Assembly: GCF_000150275.1 (NCBI RefSeq)
Contig: NW_002060963.1
Coordinates: 901,262 to 965,261 of the forward strand
DNA length: 64,000 nt
Direction of reading: 5' to 3'
Source of the DNA: Trichoplax adhaerens
Lineage: Eukaryota > Animalia > Placozoa
Shown here one piece after another: positions 12,901 through 26,817 of this stretch. Within the stretch, counting starts at the first letter, position 1, and each line of letters starts with the position of its first letter. The position numbers were made by a program, and so were the translations under genes. The notes under the pieces are model-generated. The model searched no databases. It saw only the letters and a list, made by a program, of their open reading frames with translations, and had not been told where the DNA came from.

Positions 12901-15900
12901 ATGGGGATTTTGGATGAGTAGGTGTCATGACGAAGATGGCATGCATGCCATTTCCAATTCATGAATATCTGGGTAGGAAAAAATCCTATGTTGACTGCAG
13001 CCTAGCCAACTTCTACAATACTAGACGTTTGGTAGGTTGTGGAGTATGTGGCATAAAGTCTGGCATTAGACTAGGATTACAAATATAACATTGTATTTTA
13101 TCCAACAGTATAGGCGTCTACTGTACAAAGCAGTCGTACACTAAACAACGCTGTCTATGAAAATAAATGCATCGAGAGATCCTTTACTAGGTGCGGGTTT
13201 TTTTCTTGAATGGGCTGTCAGCTGTTGGTATCTGAACATGGTGAACTTCCGTCGATTCCAATCTATGTACACTGTAATGGATCGATAGTCATTGCTGTAT
13301 AGACGAAGTTGTCGTCATAATTTCAATTATTCTACTAGCCAATTCATTGGAGACTGTTGTCGCGGTATAAAAAAAAAAACATACGGTTGGCTATCGTACT
13401 TCATTAAGTGGTCATCGTTCAATGTCGTACTTAAATAAACTATAGCTTGATCTTATTATAATAACATATATTATACATAATAGGAATTGACTCAGACGCT
13501 GTAGCATCGCTCTTCCATACAAACGCGTAGACAACCTTGGACGGCAAAAAAGTAACCCAATATAGGTGTACTTTCGTCATAGGTAGGTTGATCCAACCTC
13601 TTTCCATCATTCTATCATATTGCTGAACTGATGAATCGACGACGTACTGTATACTACGTATTGTACAGGCCTTAATTTACAGCTACAAAAAAATGTAGGT
13701 TGCACAAGAAAAAGCAACACTGTCCAATTTTGGGTAGGCATCCATTTCACCATTCCCTCATACTCATCCATATTTGTAGGCACATTGTCAATCAGATTAT
13801 CACATAAACGGTATCCAAATTAAAGCTTTGAATACGTCCTACATGGTATTTTAATCACTACAAGGCCATACCTTCCTTTGTCGTCTTTGATGTATCCGAC
13901 TGGTTGAGTCCAAGCTTGGAAAGGCGGCTTACAAATGATAGCCGTATCTCCTATGGAGTGTAGAGTATAGTATACAGACGACGATCCAGTCGATAGGCTG
14001 TAGTTTGTAGACTATCTTCTATACAAGATTCCAACAAAATTCAAGTGAAAGACAACAATTTCAAGCTGGAATTCAATCTTTCTCTATCCAATAGACACGA
14101 TGCGCCAAAGCTTCCAGTAATAATCAATCTATCTCCACCGGCAGCTTGGAAAAAATAAAATGCGACTTTGTTTTCCACTGCTACACTACAAGCTGTAATG
14201 TATACTTTAAGCACTGACACGATTGGCGTCGGCAATGGATACCGTACCGTTCCAGTAGTGGAATAAGAGTGGTGCGATCGTTGTACGACGTCAGATCGTA
14301 GCATACAGTACTGTACTGTACAGTAAACAGGAGTTTGTATGGTCCATGCTACAGTACTGTGCACTGTACGACCGTGGATTCAAAGTACTGTACAGCGCGT
14401 CAGCTCTTGTACCACGTACTGTACTGTCAGAATACGGCGATAGAGAGAGAGTGTATAGGAGAGAATGTTCCCTGTGGTAGAGGATGAAATGCTTGCACTC
14501 GCCATACTAACGCCGTAGTTTAGCAGGCCTCCATCATACCTAATCCTAGTGGTAAAGTGGACATTGATCGACTAGAAGCAATTGCTCATCAATTCAAAAT
14601 AGAGTCATTAATTAATTTATTGTAGATTCAATTTGGCAGTTTGCAAAGGTAAAAAGGGACAAATAGACACTACAGTAATCCACTCAATTGCCAACCTTGA
14701 AATTGATTCTCTTCATAGTGAGCCATAATCCACTGGCAGAGGGTTAGTGAGTCACTGAGTGAGTGGGAGGCTCTATCACCATTACCACTATGGTCCTCCC
14801 CCCCACCCCCCAGTCTTCAAAATAGTCGATTCGATTAACTTACAAAGATGCAATTATAATTTTGCAATGACAGTCATCAACTATTTTTCCATCGTCAATT
14901 TACAATCTTTCATCCTATTTAGCAGTAATGGCTGACTGGTTTGATCCATCATGTTGCCTTGTATCCAAGACAGCCAGCCAGTAAGCCACAGTCAACACAA
15001 AGTATAGCTAGGCAATTTTTTTTCTCTCTCCTTCGTTGTAGTTTTTACCGTCTGCTGGATGGACTACATGCGAGTACAAAGGCTTTATTCATGTCTGTAG
15101 TCAAAAGGAGCCTGTTCTTTTGGTGCTCAATATGGCCACGAAAGTGCACTGCAATACTATATACTGTCCATTCAATTGAATGTACAGTGGACAGTAGAGC
15201 ACTAATATCAGCCAGCAAAGTAATCGTACAACGCCGTCGAATTCATCTTACTTCTCAAAACAAATATTATTCTATAGCAATAATCACTATGTACACAAAA
15301 ATAACTCTTCATTCACAGACTTTAGGGTCTCCTTATAGCTGTAAACGACATTGTCAATGGTATATCGTTCAGTGTACAGTATCACGGTAACTCAATGTCT
15401 AGAACAGTTTGTTAGATTATTCTTTAGGGGGGGGGCAACAATGGCTTGCTACCGAGTCAAAAATAAGCGAGTTGAGCGTAAGGACTCGTGTACTAAATAG
15501 TAGAGCAATGAAAGAGTATAGTATACCATGCTGTCCTTCAAAAATCGAGCATAGTATCCTATCCTAATCATGAAAGAGTACTTTTTCATCCCTATACACA
15601 ATGGGATAAAGTAGAAAAGTTTCATTTTCCCCCTAATTGATGCGTTAAAGTCCGATATCAACACAATTTTCCTCATCCTATTTGCTAAGTAGCGGCAATG
15701 GATGGATAACTAACATATTGATCACGCTTTGGATGGTTACTATCTAGTTCATAACAGTAATAACGTAGTCAATTTAAAAAGCAAGAGTTGATACGGTAGT
15801 AATATTGGGGTTTCCATATTCGCATCCTGAGCTTGCAACAATACACACAAAAATGTTATCGATAAAAATAAAGCCCTAAAACAGATGCGGATATTGTAAA

Positions 15901-16046
15901 AATGGATTACGGTATCAGCGAATCAAATAAGTGAGAGAAACAATTCAATTATGTAATATCTTGCCAATAGATGTTTAAATTATTTATCCACTAATTGTAT
16001 ATTTAGCTACCGTACAGTGAGATTTAGCTACTGTTTGATTATTATT

Positions 16047-16640
16047 CTACGCCATAATGCTGTACATGATGAGCATTTTTTCCTTTTTTTTTTGAACCAT
16101 GTTATGGTATAGCATCACGGATGAGAAAGCCATAGACAGCTTTGAAATTCCATAGAAGAAAAATAGATTATAGTAGACACAAACAATAGTATAGACGGAA
16201 GGATAGGTTAAAGCCGACTTTATATATAGAACTGCATATAATAGTCTAGTAGCAATTGAAAAGTTAGCTATGGGTATATCGATAGGTGTATCTTCTATCA
16301 TCGATTGTATAGTTATACATGCATACAGTATTGTAAACGGGACAATCTCAACGATCAAGAAAGCCAATAATAACAGACTATCCAGTTTTCTATCGTTTAT
16401 TATTACCGTTAAAATGAATTATTTTTAGCATTATAATTGCTGGAATACACCTGGAATTTTAGGCTTGTGATTTGTAATAGATAATTTCAAATTTGGTTAA
16501 TACCATTAATACTAAAATTATCCTTAACTTGATTGGGTTATAATGATAAAGATAACAGTAGCGCTTATTAGTAGTGGACCCAGGTTATAAAATGTCAATA
16601 AAGGATAGAAAAATGGAAACTTTTCATCGCTGACTTATCT
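16047..16640 (-). pseudogene. Possible decayed rhodopsin-class GPCR fragment (TM5-TM7)
   Basis: One frame gives FYPLLTFYNLGPLLISATVIFIII (TM5-like), several stops, then DRKLDSLLLLAFLIVEIVPFTILY (TM6-like) and LLYAVLYIKSALTYPSVY (TM7/NPxxY-like). Motif resemblance only. Confidence 0.35.
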
Positions 16641-17586
16641 CCTAAGAGTGTCCGATACCTACAAAAGCAATCCCGTAATTCTAAATGTTTATTAGGATTC
16701 GTCATAATCAATTTTTTCTTAATCCTATTATCATGTCAATTAAAATCAAGAAAATAATAGCCAATGACTTAACTAGAAGAACAATTCGTATCAATGTTTA
16801 GATCCAATAGAATGTTTTAGAAATTATAAGAAAATTAAAATATAATATTTTACCCATATTACACCTTACACCGTCTTAGAAGACATTGATCTACAGTACA
16901 ACTGTAATGACCAAGAAATTAGAAATCGAAAGATTTTTTTCAATGAAATGAATTATTCCAACAATATGTTTTGTAGATAATATAATCAGGAGTCTCGTTA
17001 AAAAGAGAATCAAAATATTAATTGCCACTGCTTAGGCACTATGGAGTAACTTTGTCTAAATACAAAATAAAAAATGAGCTGATTTACATTATTTGCTTTA
17101 CAGACTAATACCATCTGTACTTAAAAAGTCGTCGAAATAGAAGGAAAAAATTTGAAAAAATGATGGATAAATTGAACTTTTTTATCGCTATTAATATAAA
17201 AATTAAAATAGGCTATTTGACCAATAGGAGATAGATCGAGTATATACTTTTAATCTAATATAAACTATTGATGCAATTTATAAAATGATGCTTCCTTTCC
17301 TTCATTATTTGCCCTATTACTCCTAGACTGCTGAAAAAATTTTCACTTTGGGGAAGAGGGATGCACCAAATTTTTAGAAATTTTATTCATTTATGCAATT
17401 GTACATCTTATAACAAAGAGATTAAAGAAACCGAAATATCCTGTTATTAATGATTGACATCTGCAGCATCAGCTAGCAATAAATGACAGACTGTTAGCGA
17501 AAGATATTTTCTTGGTCTATAAATCATTTCAATTGTTCTACGAAATATCCTACTGTTATACATTATGTCTAAATACAGTATACGCG

Positions 17587-18200
17587 TATATCTGCATAAG
17601 TTTAAATGGAAAAGCGATAATTGGTCAACAAAATACGATACCAAAACTTCCTACTATAATTTCATTATGGAAATAAATGACGTAACTTAATACTACAGAT
17701 GCCAACTGTTCCTTGCCTAATAGAATCCATACCAGTGATAATTGAATCAAGTTTAGAGCATTGACACTATATTCTACATTATTTTCCTCTTTTCCATTCA
17801 CTTATAGTAGGCCCAATTGGTTGCATAATAGAATTGAACAACTATGGTAATATTCATCTTCTGAATAAGAGTTTTGACTCAATTGTGGAAGTACATGGTA
17901 AAGTATATATCTGCATATTTTTAAATACAAAAGCGATAATCAGTCTACAAAATATGACAGTAGAATTTCCTTCTATAAATTTATTATGAAAAATAAGTAA
18001 CGTGACTCTGTGCTATCGATACTAGTTTTTCTTGCCTGATAGAATCCATATCAGTGATAATTAAATCAAGTAGAGCATTGACACTCCATTCTATATTATT
18101 TTCCATCACTTTCCATCCCTTTCCAATTGATTGCGTAATACGCATTATTAAGCATCTATGGTAATATGCATAATCTTCTACTTAAGACGTTCCTGCTCAT
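17587..18200. repeat. Diverged two-copy tandem duplication, period ~319 bp
   Basis: TATATCTGCATA...AAAAGCGATAAT...CTTGCCT.ATAGAATCCATA.CAGTGATAATT.AATCAAGT..AGAGCATTGACACT at 17587 and 17906. Confidence 0.85.
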
Positions 18201-20299
18201 TTGCTGAAGTTTACGTGATGCATACCCGTAGTTTTTCCAAGCGACTATTTTGATGAAGCAAAGATAATCCTTTGTACATACTACTCTAGACTGGTATGCA
18301 AATTGCATACAACAAGATTGATCATGAATAGATTAATAAATTTGTAACGAAAAAAAATGAGTAATAGAATTCGATATACTTCAACCAATTGAAGATCTTA
18401 ATTGCATCCATATCGAATTATACAGCAACTGCTAGTTGCAATTAGTCTTTAACAGTGAATGAAGTACGATAAATACCCTACTATGGCTCATTTTACTCAA
18501 AACAGTGTGTTAGACGTTAAAATAATTAAACGTCAGAAGTGACTAGTTGCTAATTACAACACATGTTTACATCAATAGCTTCGAAATTTTTGTTACGCTG
18601 TCCTATCTCACTATATATATACATACTGATATAATCAATAGTTCTTACCAAGCCCAAATGATGTAAATGAGCAAAAATGTTGCAAGCATTTTTACTGTAT
18701 TGTACAAGATGCACCATTTTGGCAAGAAAGAGGTAATAATATAGTTATAATTGACGAAATTGAAACGATAACCGCCATAGCCTAATAAAGTATCATGAAA
18801 TAATTGTTATAAAATAATTATTATCATTTTTGACGTCATTTCCTAATAAATGATTTGATAATTTTCTCTTTAGTATTGTCTGTCAATGCCATCTTTTCAT
18901 ACTTATCGTCCAGTTACGTCAAATAGCGATTATGTAATATATAAAATTTATCACTAATCGGTTTATTCGTTTTAATAGACTCATCATAAAATTTATGCAT
19001 TCGATATACGAAGATGCATAAAAAAGTACGTCATATACTTGTCAATTAAAGAGTTTTCATTTATTATATGAAATTCTACAACTAGCCAATGTATTCACAT
19101 TAATACAAATTAATCACGAAATTTACAGATCTGATGAGCGAATACAAGCACAAATTACGACATAAATTTATCCATTATCAGAATGATAATTATAACATTG
19201 TGAGAGTCTCCATTCGTTCTATAAAAATTTTCATTACTAAGTTGTTTTTTCCATTTTAACACAAGTTGAAGGTGAAATTTATAGATCTGATGAGTCAATG
19301 TAGAGAAAAAGTACAGCATAAGGTAGATATGTTATTATTTTGATGATGATGCTAGGTAAGACCCTTCATTTATCTTTTTAGATACTAGACGCATCTGTAC
19401 TATCGATAAATAATGACCTTATATTCGATAAAAAAAAAAACGCCGTAATCACAACAAAAAGACGATAAACTTTTGTAAGATCGTAAGGAAATTGAAGATA
19501 CTTACGCGTCTATTGCACACCCTAAGATCGTCGATTTATTGAAAATCTAGTACAAAGCAGTCGCTATTAACTGTTAATAAAATCTTAAGAAATATCAGCT
19601 GATATTGCAATAGCCACATTTAGTAACTTAATTGGTTTTTAAACTATTTAAATAATCAAATTCTGTTGCAAAATTATTATAACTCTCTTTTATGATGTAG
19701 TAGTGATTTTATTTATTTACTGTTATACCTGTCGTGCAGTATGTCTATGTACAGCATTTACGCTAAATGCTTCAATCTTTTCGAAGCATTTTGCAATACC
19801 TTATATAAACATAAGAATAACACTTGTGGTATAGGCATGCATCATGATACTTTAGTCAGGCATTTGAAGACGAGAACAGAGCAATAGACAAAGTAGATAG
19901 AATGCATTATACTGTTGACAGGAAAATAATTATACGTATATAATTAATTACTGTTAATAAGCCTCAATACAAGAAATACATTCAAAAACCCTTTATTGAT
20001 TATACGTATCGATCTGTAATAAGTTTACATAATACGACAAAAACAAATGATCCAAGAGAACGATAGCGATATCGATATTTGATTATAGAGTCTATTTAAT
20101 CCTTTAACATATCTGAGATAAAAGTATCAGGAAAGATTTGTTACATGACTGTGTTAGCGTAACTGTATTCTCTACATTAAAAATTGTAATTATTATCATC
20201 GCCTTCTAAAATCATCCTCACTAACAAGTTATTGCAAACCAAGAATCGGATATATATTTTTGGTTGCTAAAATTTAAAGATTAATATGGATTAATTAAA

Positions 20300-23200
20300 T
20301 TAATTTAACTCAGGTTCTTCGCCTAATCGCTTTTTGATCCGTAATAGTAATGTCGTGGTCCATTGGTCAAGGCGTGATATTTTATCATAATCTTTGATCT
20401 GTAAAGAGCGGTATTACATTTGACAGTTAGCAGCTTAGCAAAAAGCAATTTATTGATATAAAGTTATCAAGTGTTAAGGATTGTAAGTAGCTGATACGAC
20501 AAAAAAGCCCTTTTGCATACCATGTTGCGTTAGACAGTAATAATTACTTACGTGATCAGTAAATTCATCAACATTTTCTTCTTCACCAGCACAAATAAGT
20601 TTCTTTGATAAATTAGATAACAAAATTAACTATTAGCATAAATCAGGTGGATTAATCCGGGACATTAAAAGACAGAAATTGGTAGCTTTTCTTCATTCCA
20701 TCATTTTTTGCCGAGCATACCAACCTCAATTAATTTGCATTCTCTAGAGTCTTGAAACGCTGGATACATTCCACAATATTTTTCAGCCGCATGCTATGTA
20801 AAATGTAATTTTGAATTTTAACCAGTACGTACAGACAGTAGTTATAACGAATTGCTTCCTACCTTAGCATCCAGAAAATCTTGGCACATATGACATAAGG
20901 AGGCTTTGAAGAAGTACTCCTTGCAGCTATATTTTAATAAAGTATTTTCCAGGCTAGCAGCCGCTACCTATGATTGAAACTTGAAATTATTACGATGATA
21001 TCTAACACAATACATGATATGCCATTTCGACATTCAGAACTAATGATGTCTTGTACAGTAGTTTATGATAATAAATCAACCGTAAATATGCTCAACATTT
21101 CTTAAGGTAAGATGAATAATTTAAAAATAAGCCATACAAATCGTAATAATCTTCAAAATTTTATACACTACTACACCAAATAATAACGGATTAATAAACC
21201 ATGGTTACAATATCTATAAATTATCGTTGATAACGATTAAATTAATTAGCCTTTTATCAAATATCATACTAATTCAATTAGATTTATATCTCAATACAAC
21301 CACACATCCATTAAAAGTATGTGCGATAACAGGAACTACAGCTTTTTATTATATCAAAATTACTGACCTCTTCGTATATCTCAATAGCCTTTCGATAATC
21401 TTCTAATTGAGCTGCATACATAGCTACGCGAAGTAGGCACTTGTTTGCTGAACTAGTCGTTATGATATTTCAACATGGGTATTAATTTATTATAGAATTT
21501 ACACCGAGTCTTTACTGTACTCAGGCAGTTGTATTAAAAATGCTGTTTGTCTAGTTTTAAACGGTTTTCGATAGGTACATGGTTAGAAACATACATCGCT
21601 TGACAACGAGAGATACACACCTGGTTGAATCTTCTCCTCTGTAATAATCTGCTGCTTTTTCATAATTTGCCATTGCCTACGAAAGCATGGTTATTTACTA
21701 ACAAATCGTATATATTGCGCTATGACATAGATGGTTGATGACTTCGAATTAGCATAAGTTCATATCTATTTTGAAAATTACGTAGCGAAAATAAGTTATG
21801 GCAACGCGAAATCAAACCTTGTCTACTTCCGTTAGTTCATTTTCGTAAATCTCAGCAATTGATATGTGATGCTTTGCAGCGATACTGAATCTTCCCTGGA
21901 TGCCATATAGTGAACAAATATTTATTATACTGCGGGGTATACGATGATATGTTGTACATACTACTGATATTATTTATAATTACTATGATTTGAATGATAA
22001 TTTTCTTATTGCTTTCGCTTTCTGTTGCAATTATTATAAATAATATTATTTACCATGTCCGTAAAGATTTCGACGGCTTTATTAAGAGATTCGATAGCCT
22101 CTGTTGGAAGATAATCAACATAAGATCGTACGTATGTTATGAGAAAGGTATTTGCAATATAGCTGTAGATAACAAATTAGCCAAGCGTACATACTTTCAG
22201 GTTCAGATTTCTTAAAACATGTTGCAGCATCTACGAAGAAGGATGCAGCCTCATGCCGACTTTGAAGATGGATTTTGAGCCGTGCAGCTTCGCAAAATGC
22301 TCCAGCGGCCTCTGTAAAGGTAATATTACCAAGCACATAGAGGTTATATATCTCTAGTGACTTTAGTGCCATATAGATTCAATCAGGTTGCATAGCAAAA
22401 TATTGTATTACTGATGTAATTTGATCTAGCAGAAACAATTTAATATAGATGAGCATATTTTGCCAGGCTTACCGCTCCATTTCTTGGCCATTTTGAATGA
22501 ATTGCCAGCGCGTTGATATAAGTCACAGGCATCTTCCAATTTTGAAGTAGCTCCTCCTCTGTATTTGAAATGAAGTTGAAGACATTAATGATAGAGCCCA
22601 GTGAAAAGCAGTAAGCACATATGTTGTATTTTAAAATTAAGATTTATAAGTGGATTTGAAGGATTTAACGGTAAAAATGCTTTTAAAACTGAGAGAATGA
22701 CAGTTTAACTTTAAGAATAGAGGCTGAGATGGAAAAGCTGATGTAGATGTTTAATTTTCAGCAAATTACATTTCTATAGTTAAGTTTGTAATAATAAATA
22801 CTGTACCAGTAGTTATTTTAACGCAAAGAATAATATCTATGCTGTGTTGAAGTTAGCAAAACTGTCCTTCTGCCATTGTAGCGAATACGCATAATTTAAA
22901 TAAGGTATGAGTATAGTAAGTACGCAAATAACGCTCTCAAAGTTTTACCAGCCTATATTTACTTCGTTATACTCGCATAATGCCAATGAAAATGTTATAG
23001 CATCATTAATCATTTCACCTTTCATTTATATTTGATGAATAGAGTATCAACCTTTAACAAGCAAGTATACGTGACAATGAATTAAGAAATACTTGTACTG
23101 TCAATTGTGCTGCATATATTAACTTGTTAGCAACGGTAAGTTCATATGGGCGGCGAAAACCCAGCGTCGAATCAAGAACTAGACCTATTTGGTCAAATCC

Positions 23201-26200
23201 TTTCCAAAACTCGACGCTGGTCTCCCAAAATATAAAATTTAAGCAAAACCTTGTGTGTAAATATATTAGATCATTTCGTATTATTCTTTTAATAAAATAA
23301 GATTAAAGAGTCTAATGTCATTAAGGAAAATCATCCATTCACAAAATCTACTTGCAATTTTAATTGACAGTGTGGTTGTCCTGTTCAATATCTGAAATTT
23401 TCCTCTTGAGCTAATGTTATGTTATGCTTACAAATGCGAAATATTTGTGCAATAATAGTCACGCACAGCATTCGAAAGGGAGTTTTCTAATCTTACATAA
23501 TAATATATAAGTCCTCAATATCATTAGTAATTAGTAGGATACCTGCTACAAAACACGCAGTTATTCGTCGTTTACACCGTTGCAGTACACTTGTACAGAA
23601 TCATTTTAATCACGTTAGCCAAAAGCTTACCTATGGCATTAAAATTTAGGAACAATAGCATGATAATTGCACGCATCCAATTAAGAATCAAGAAGAAGGT
23701 GGCATTAAAATAAAGCGACAAGCCGGTTACCCCCTGGAGTAAAAGACTATGGCTAATAAACTCTAGTACAAAATTGAGTATCTATCATAATTAATTGGTA
23801 AGTTAATGGCAGTCATTAGTCAATCCTAATTACCCTATGTCGTAAGGACATAAAATATCAATATTCAGATTTTATTGAAAAAGTAGCTTAGCGACTCTAT
23901 CCGGAGCAGAATTGTTGGCATCCCAAGTTAGAAATGTGATTGATCGCTAAGCTTCTTGAACTGTGCCGTCCGTAAACGTAATCATAACTCAAAATATACT
24001 ATACAACTTGAATATTGTCTTTACTAAAGGAAGATAAACTAGATTGGAGTCTAAGAGGGTGCAATTATTCCATCACTGCGAGGGTATACACTTTAAAAGA
24101 TCGATTGATGATGATATAGCTAGTTCTATTTTCACGGTCAACAAACAGGGTGTACAGTTGCAAGCTACTTATTATTCGTTGGAGGCAAGACAGTAGAATG
24201 AATACAGTAATCAAAAGATTAGGTCGCAAAAAGAAGGACATAAATGGGTTTAAGTTACCTGGTAAACAAGCAATATAATTCAAAATTATTCATCAACATT
24301 GAATCCGCAGTGACTTTTTTCAATGCAGTGTGACTACCGTATACGGGACTAAATTACGGTCAATTATAAAACTCTTGATGAAGGGTAACAAGGAATTAAG
24401 GTACGTTGACCATCATCTATTCATTGTTAAAGTTGGAAAACTTTTCTACGAATTACCTGGACTACAAAATAGCTTGAAAAGTCCACTAACAATCGCTATT
24501 TTAATGATTGCCCGTGAATGCACGTAGTCAATTGTAAATTGGATAATGTACGCTACCCTATGCAATGATAAACGCCTACCAGAAACTAGCGTTATTTGGG
24601 TTTTCAAATTGTACGGTAGCTATATGAAATGATCATCTCTAATTCTCAATACAAGGATAAGCTTGATTCCAACATCATAGGCTATATACTACAGCTTCAT
24701 GAAATTTTATGCCATGATGTCTAGCGAATCTTGTTGTGTTCACAAGCTGAGGATAGTTTTACGATCTATTGTCCTATGTATCGAATGCTTACTTCAATAA
24801 CGAGAATGAAATTGCCGTCAGTGTTTGTTTTAAAGAGTCTCGATGGAATCGGTAGAAAGACTGTGTAGGGTGGAATAACGTTTTACGATCTATCGTCGTA
24901 TTTATGGAATACTAATTTTCATAGTAAGAATGAAATGATCGATAGTGTTTATGTTTTCAAGAGCGTAAATGGAATTGGTCGAAAGCCTGCGTCGAGCCAA
25001 ATGATGATTTACGATCTGTTGTCCTTCTTTTTATCCAATGCTTCTTTCCATAACGAGAATGATGATCGATAGCGCTTATGTTTTAAAGAGTCTCGATGGA
25101 ATCGGTAGAAAGCTTGTGTAGAAGAGTAGAGCCGAATGATGTTTTACAATCGATCGTCCTATTTATCCAATGCTTATTTCCATCATGAGAATGAAATGAT
25201 GGATGGTGTTTATGTTTTACAAGAGTCTATATAGAGTCGGCAGAGAGCCTGTGTCGAACAGTAGAGCCGATGTTTACAATCGATCGTCCTATTTAGCTAA
25301 TGGTTATTTCCATAACAAGAATGAAATCAGCATCGATGGTGTGTACTCGTATGTTGGAAAGGAATGGAAATGGAATCGGTCGAAAGTTTGTGTTGTGCAG
25401 TCGAGTCAAATGATGGAAAGTAGCACCCAGTTTAGAAGATTGTTCCATCAGCAATAAGAATCTTAGCGAACGGATGATGATCGTTTTGTAGAGTACAACT
25501 CTATTCGAGTCAAGCCGTCAAGTATCCAAGAAAATGGTCATAACTCTATTGCATGGAAGACCATTTCTAAACGACTACAACGACTAGACATTTATGCAAT
25601 CGTTTCCCGTGTTGTTTTGTTCGATCGCTCGACTAGCTCATCTGCCATTTTATTGGAAAGCAAGTTAGTGACATTGAAAAGACTAGAATCATTCATTACA
25701 CAATTATGATGGCCGTTGTAGTTACATGAATAATTCAAAATTCAAAATGGATACATGATGAAGAAGATGCTCTCCCGTTGTACATGACTGTAGTTTTGTT
25801 TAACTTGTAGTACAGTGAAGAAAGTGCTACGATACCGCTTGTATTTACATAAGAAAAACTAGGAAGAAATGTTGTAAAATGGAATAAATTATGATCATGT
25901 TGACGATGTATGACGGTCAGACAAGATACAAGTAGAAATAGACGATTGGAATGCGTTCGATACTATTATCCCTGTTACTTGCATGACTTTTATGTAGAGA
26001 GCAATTTATCCTTTCTTTACAAAAGCATCCAATCTACTCATAATCCATCCAAGTTTGACATGATATGAGTAGAAATGAACGTGGAGAAGGAGTTTTTGAA
26101 TGATGATGATACCTATCTCCATTCGTCTTTGCGTACAACTAGCCAAATAACACGTTCAACACGTATAAATCTCTATCCAATGAACAGTAAGACGCTATCA

Positions 26201-26299
26201 TTACCCGAAAATGCTGCCAAAAAATCCTTGCGAAGACTTCTCTCTCTTTTGAGCTTGAGCAACAAACTCGAAACCCTTTTGCTCATTGACATCAGCCAT
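20300..26299 (-). CDS. NAPA: Alpha-soluble NSF attachment protein (alpha-SNAP), 295 aa
   Basis: 11 exons: 26299-26205, 22558-22473, 22311-22195, 22100-22054, 21895-21818, 21676-21621, 21452-21368, 20967-20863, 20793-20725, 20602-20552, 20398-20300 (888 nt). MADVNEQKG...[65 protein letters not shown], with the conserved penultimate Leu. Confidence 0.97.
24720..25420. repeat. ~125-135-bp degenerate tandem repeat (~5.5 copies) in NAPA intron 1
   Basis: Anchor TTTACGATC/TTTACAATC at ~24758, 24882, 25008, 25143 and 25273, each followed by ...GAATGAAAT...GTGTTTATGTTTT.AAGAG....ATGGAATCGGT.GAAAG. Confidence 0.9.
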
Positions 26300-26817
26300 T
26301 TTGGAAAAGATTGCAGTCAAAACCTGTCCACTCTTGTGGTAGTGTTGGAGGTTAATTGGAGTCAGATCCTGGTTTGCTGGTGCTTGATTGCCACCGCTGG
26401 AAACGTTATACTGAATCTTGTTTGTATCGCGGTGTATGGGAAGGTGGATAGAGAGAGTACATCACGCGTACTGTAGCACTGGTTAGCTACTGTAGGCTTT
26501 GTCGTAATATGGTCGCATTCAGTACTTTATAGCCTATAATAATCCATTTCATTTCTACACCATGTTGATTTAGTACCAACTGCATACAGTGCATGGACCG
26601 AGGACGACCGATTGATATTGTAGACAATGTACTGTAGAACAAGAAGGATTGGACGATCCATTGGTCAAGACTACACCGCAGTCAGTAGCGAATGCTCTAT
26701 ACTGTCTCTATAAAATTCAACGACGACGTGGGTCAAGACGAAAAAGCAACATGATTTTGGGGTTAATTTCGTGGAAATCTTGTCCATTTCCTCCTTTAGC
26801 CAGGCAAAAAGATGAAA

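Noticed and set aside
10000-15700. Short ORFs upstream of NCX
   Set aside because: No recognisable domains or consistent splice chains; many are translations of TACAGT-rich DNA.
19118-19330. Two CTGATGAG-containing repeats (period ~156) as hammerheads or snoRNAs
   Set aside because: No proper stem II plus GAAA core and no paired C/D boxes; treated as an old duplication.
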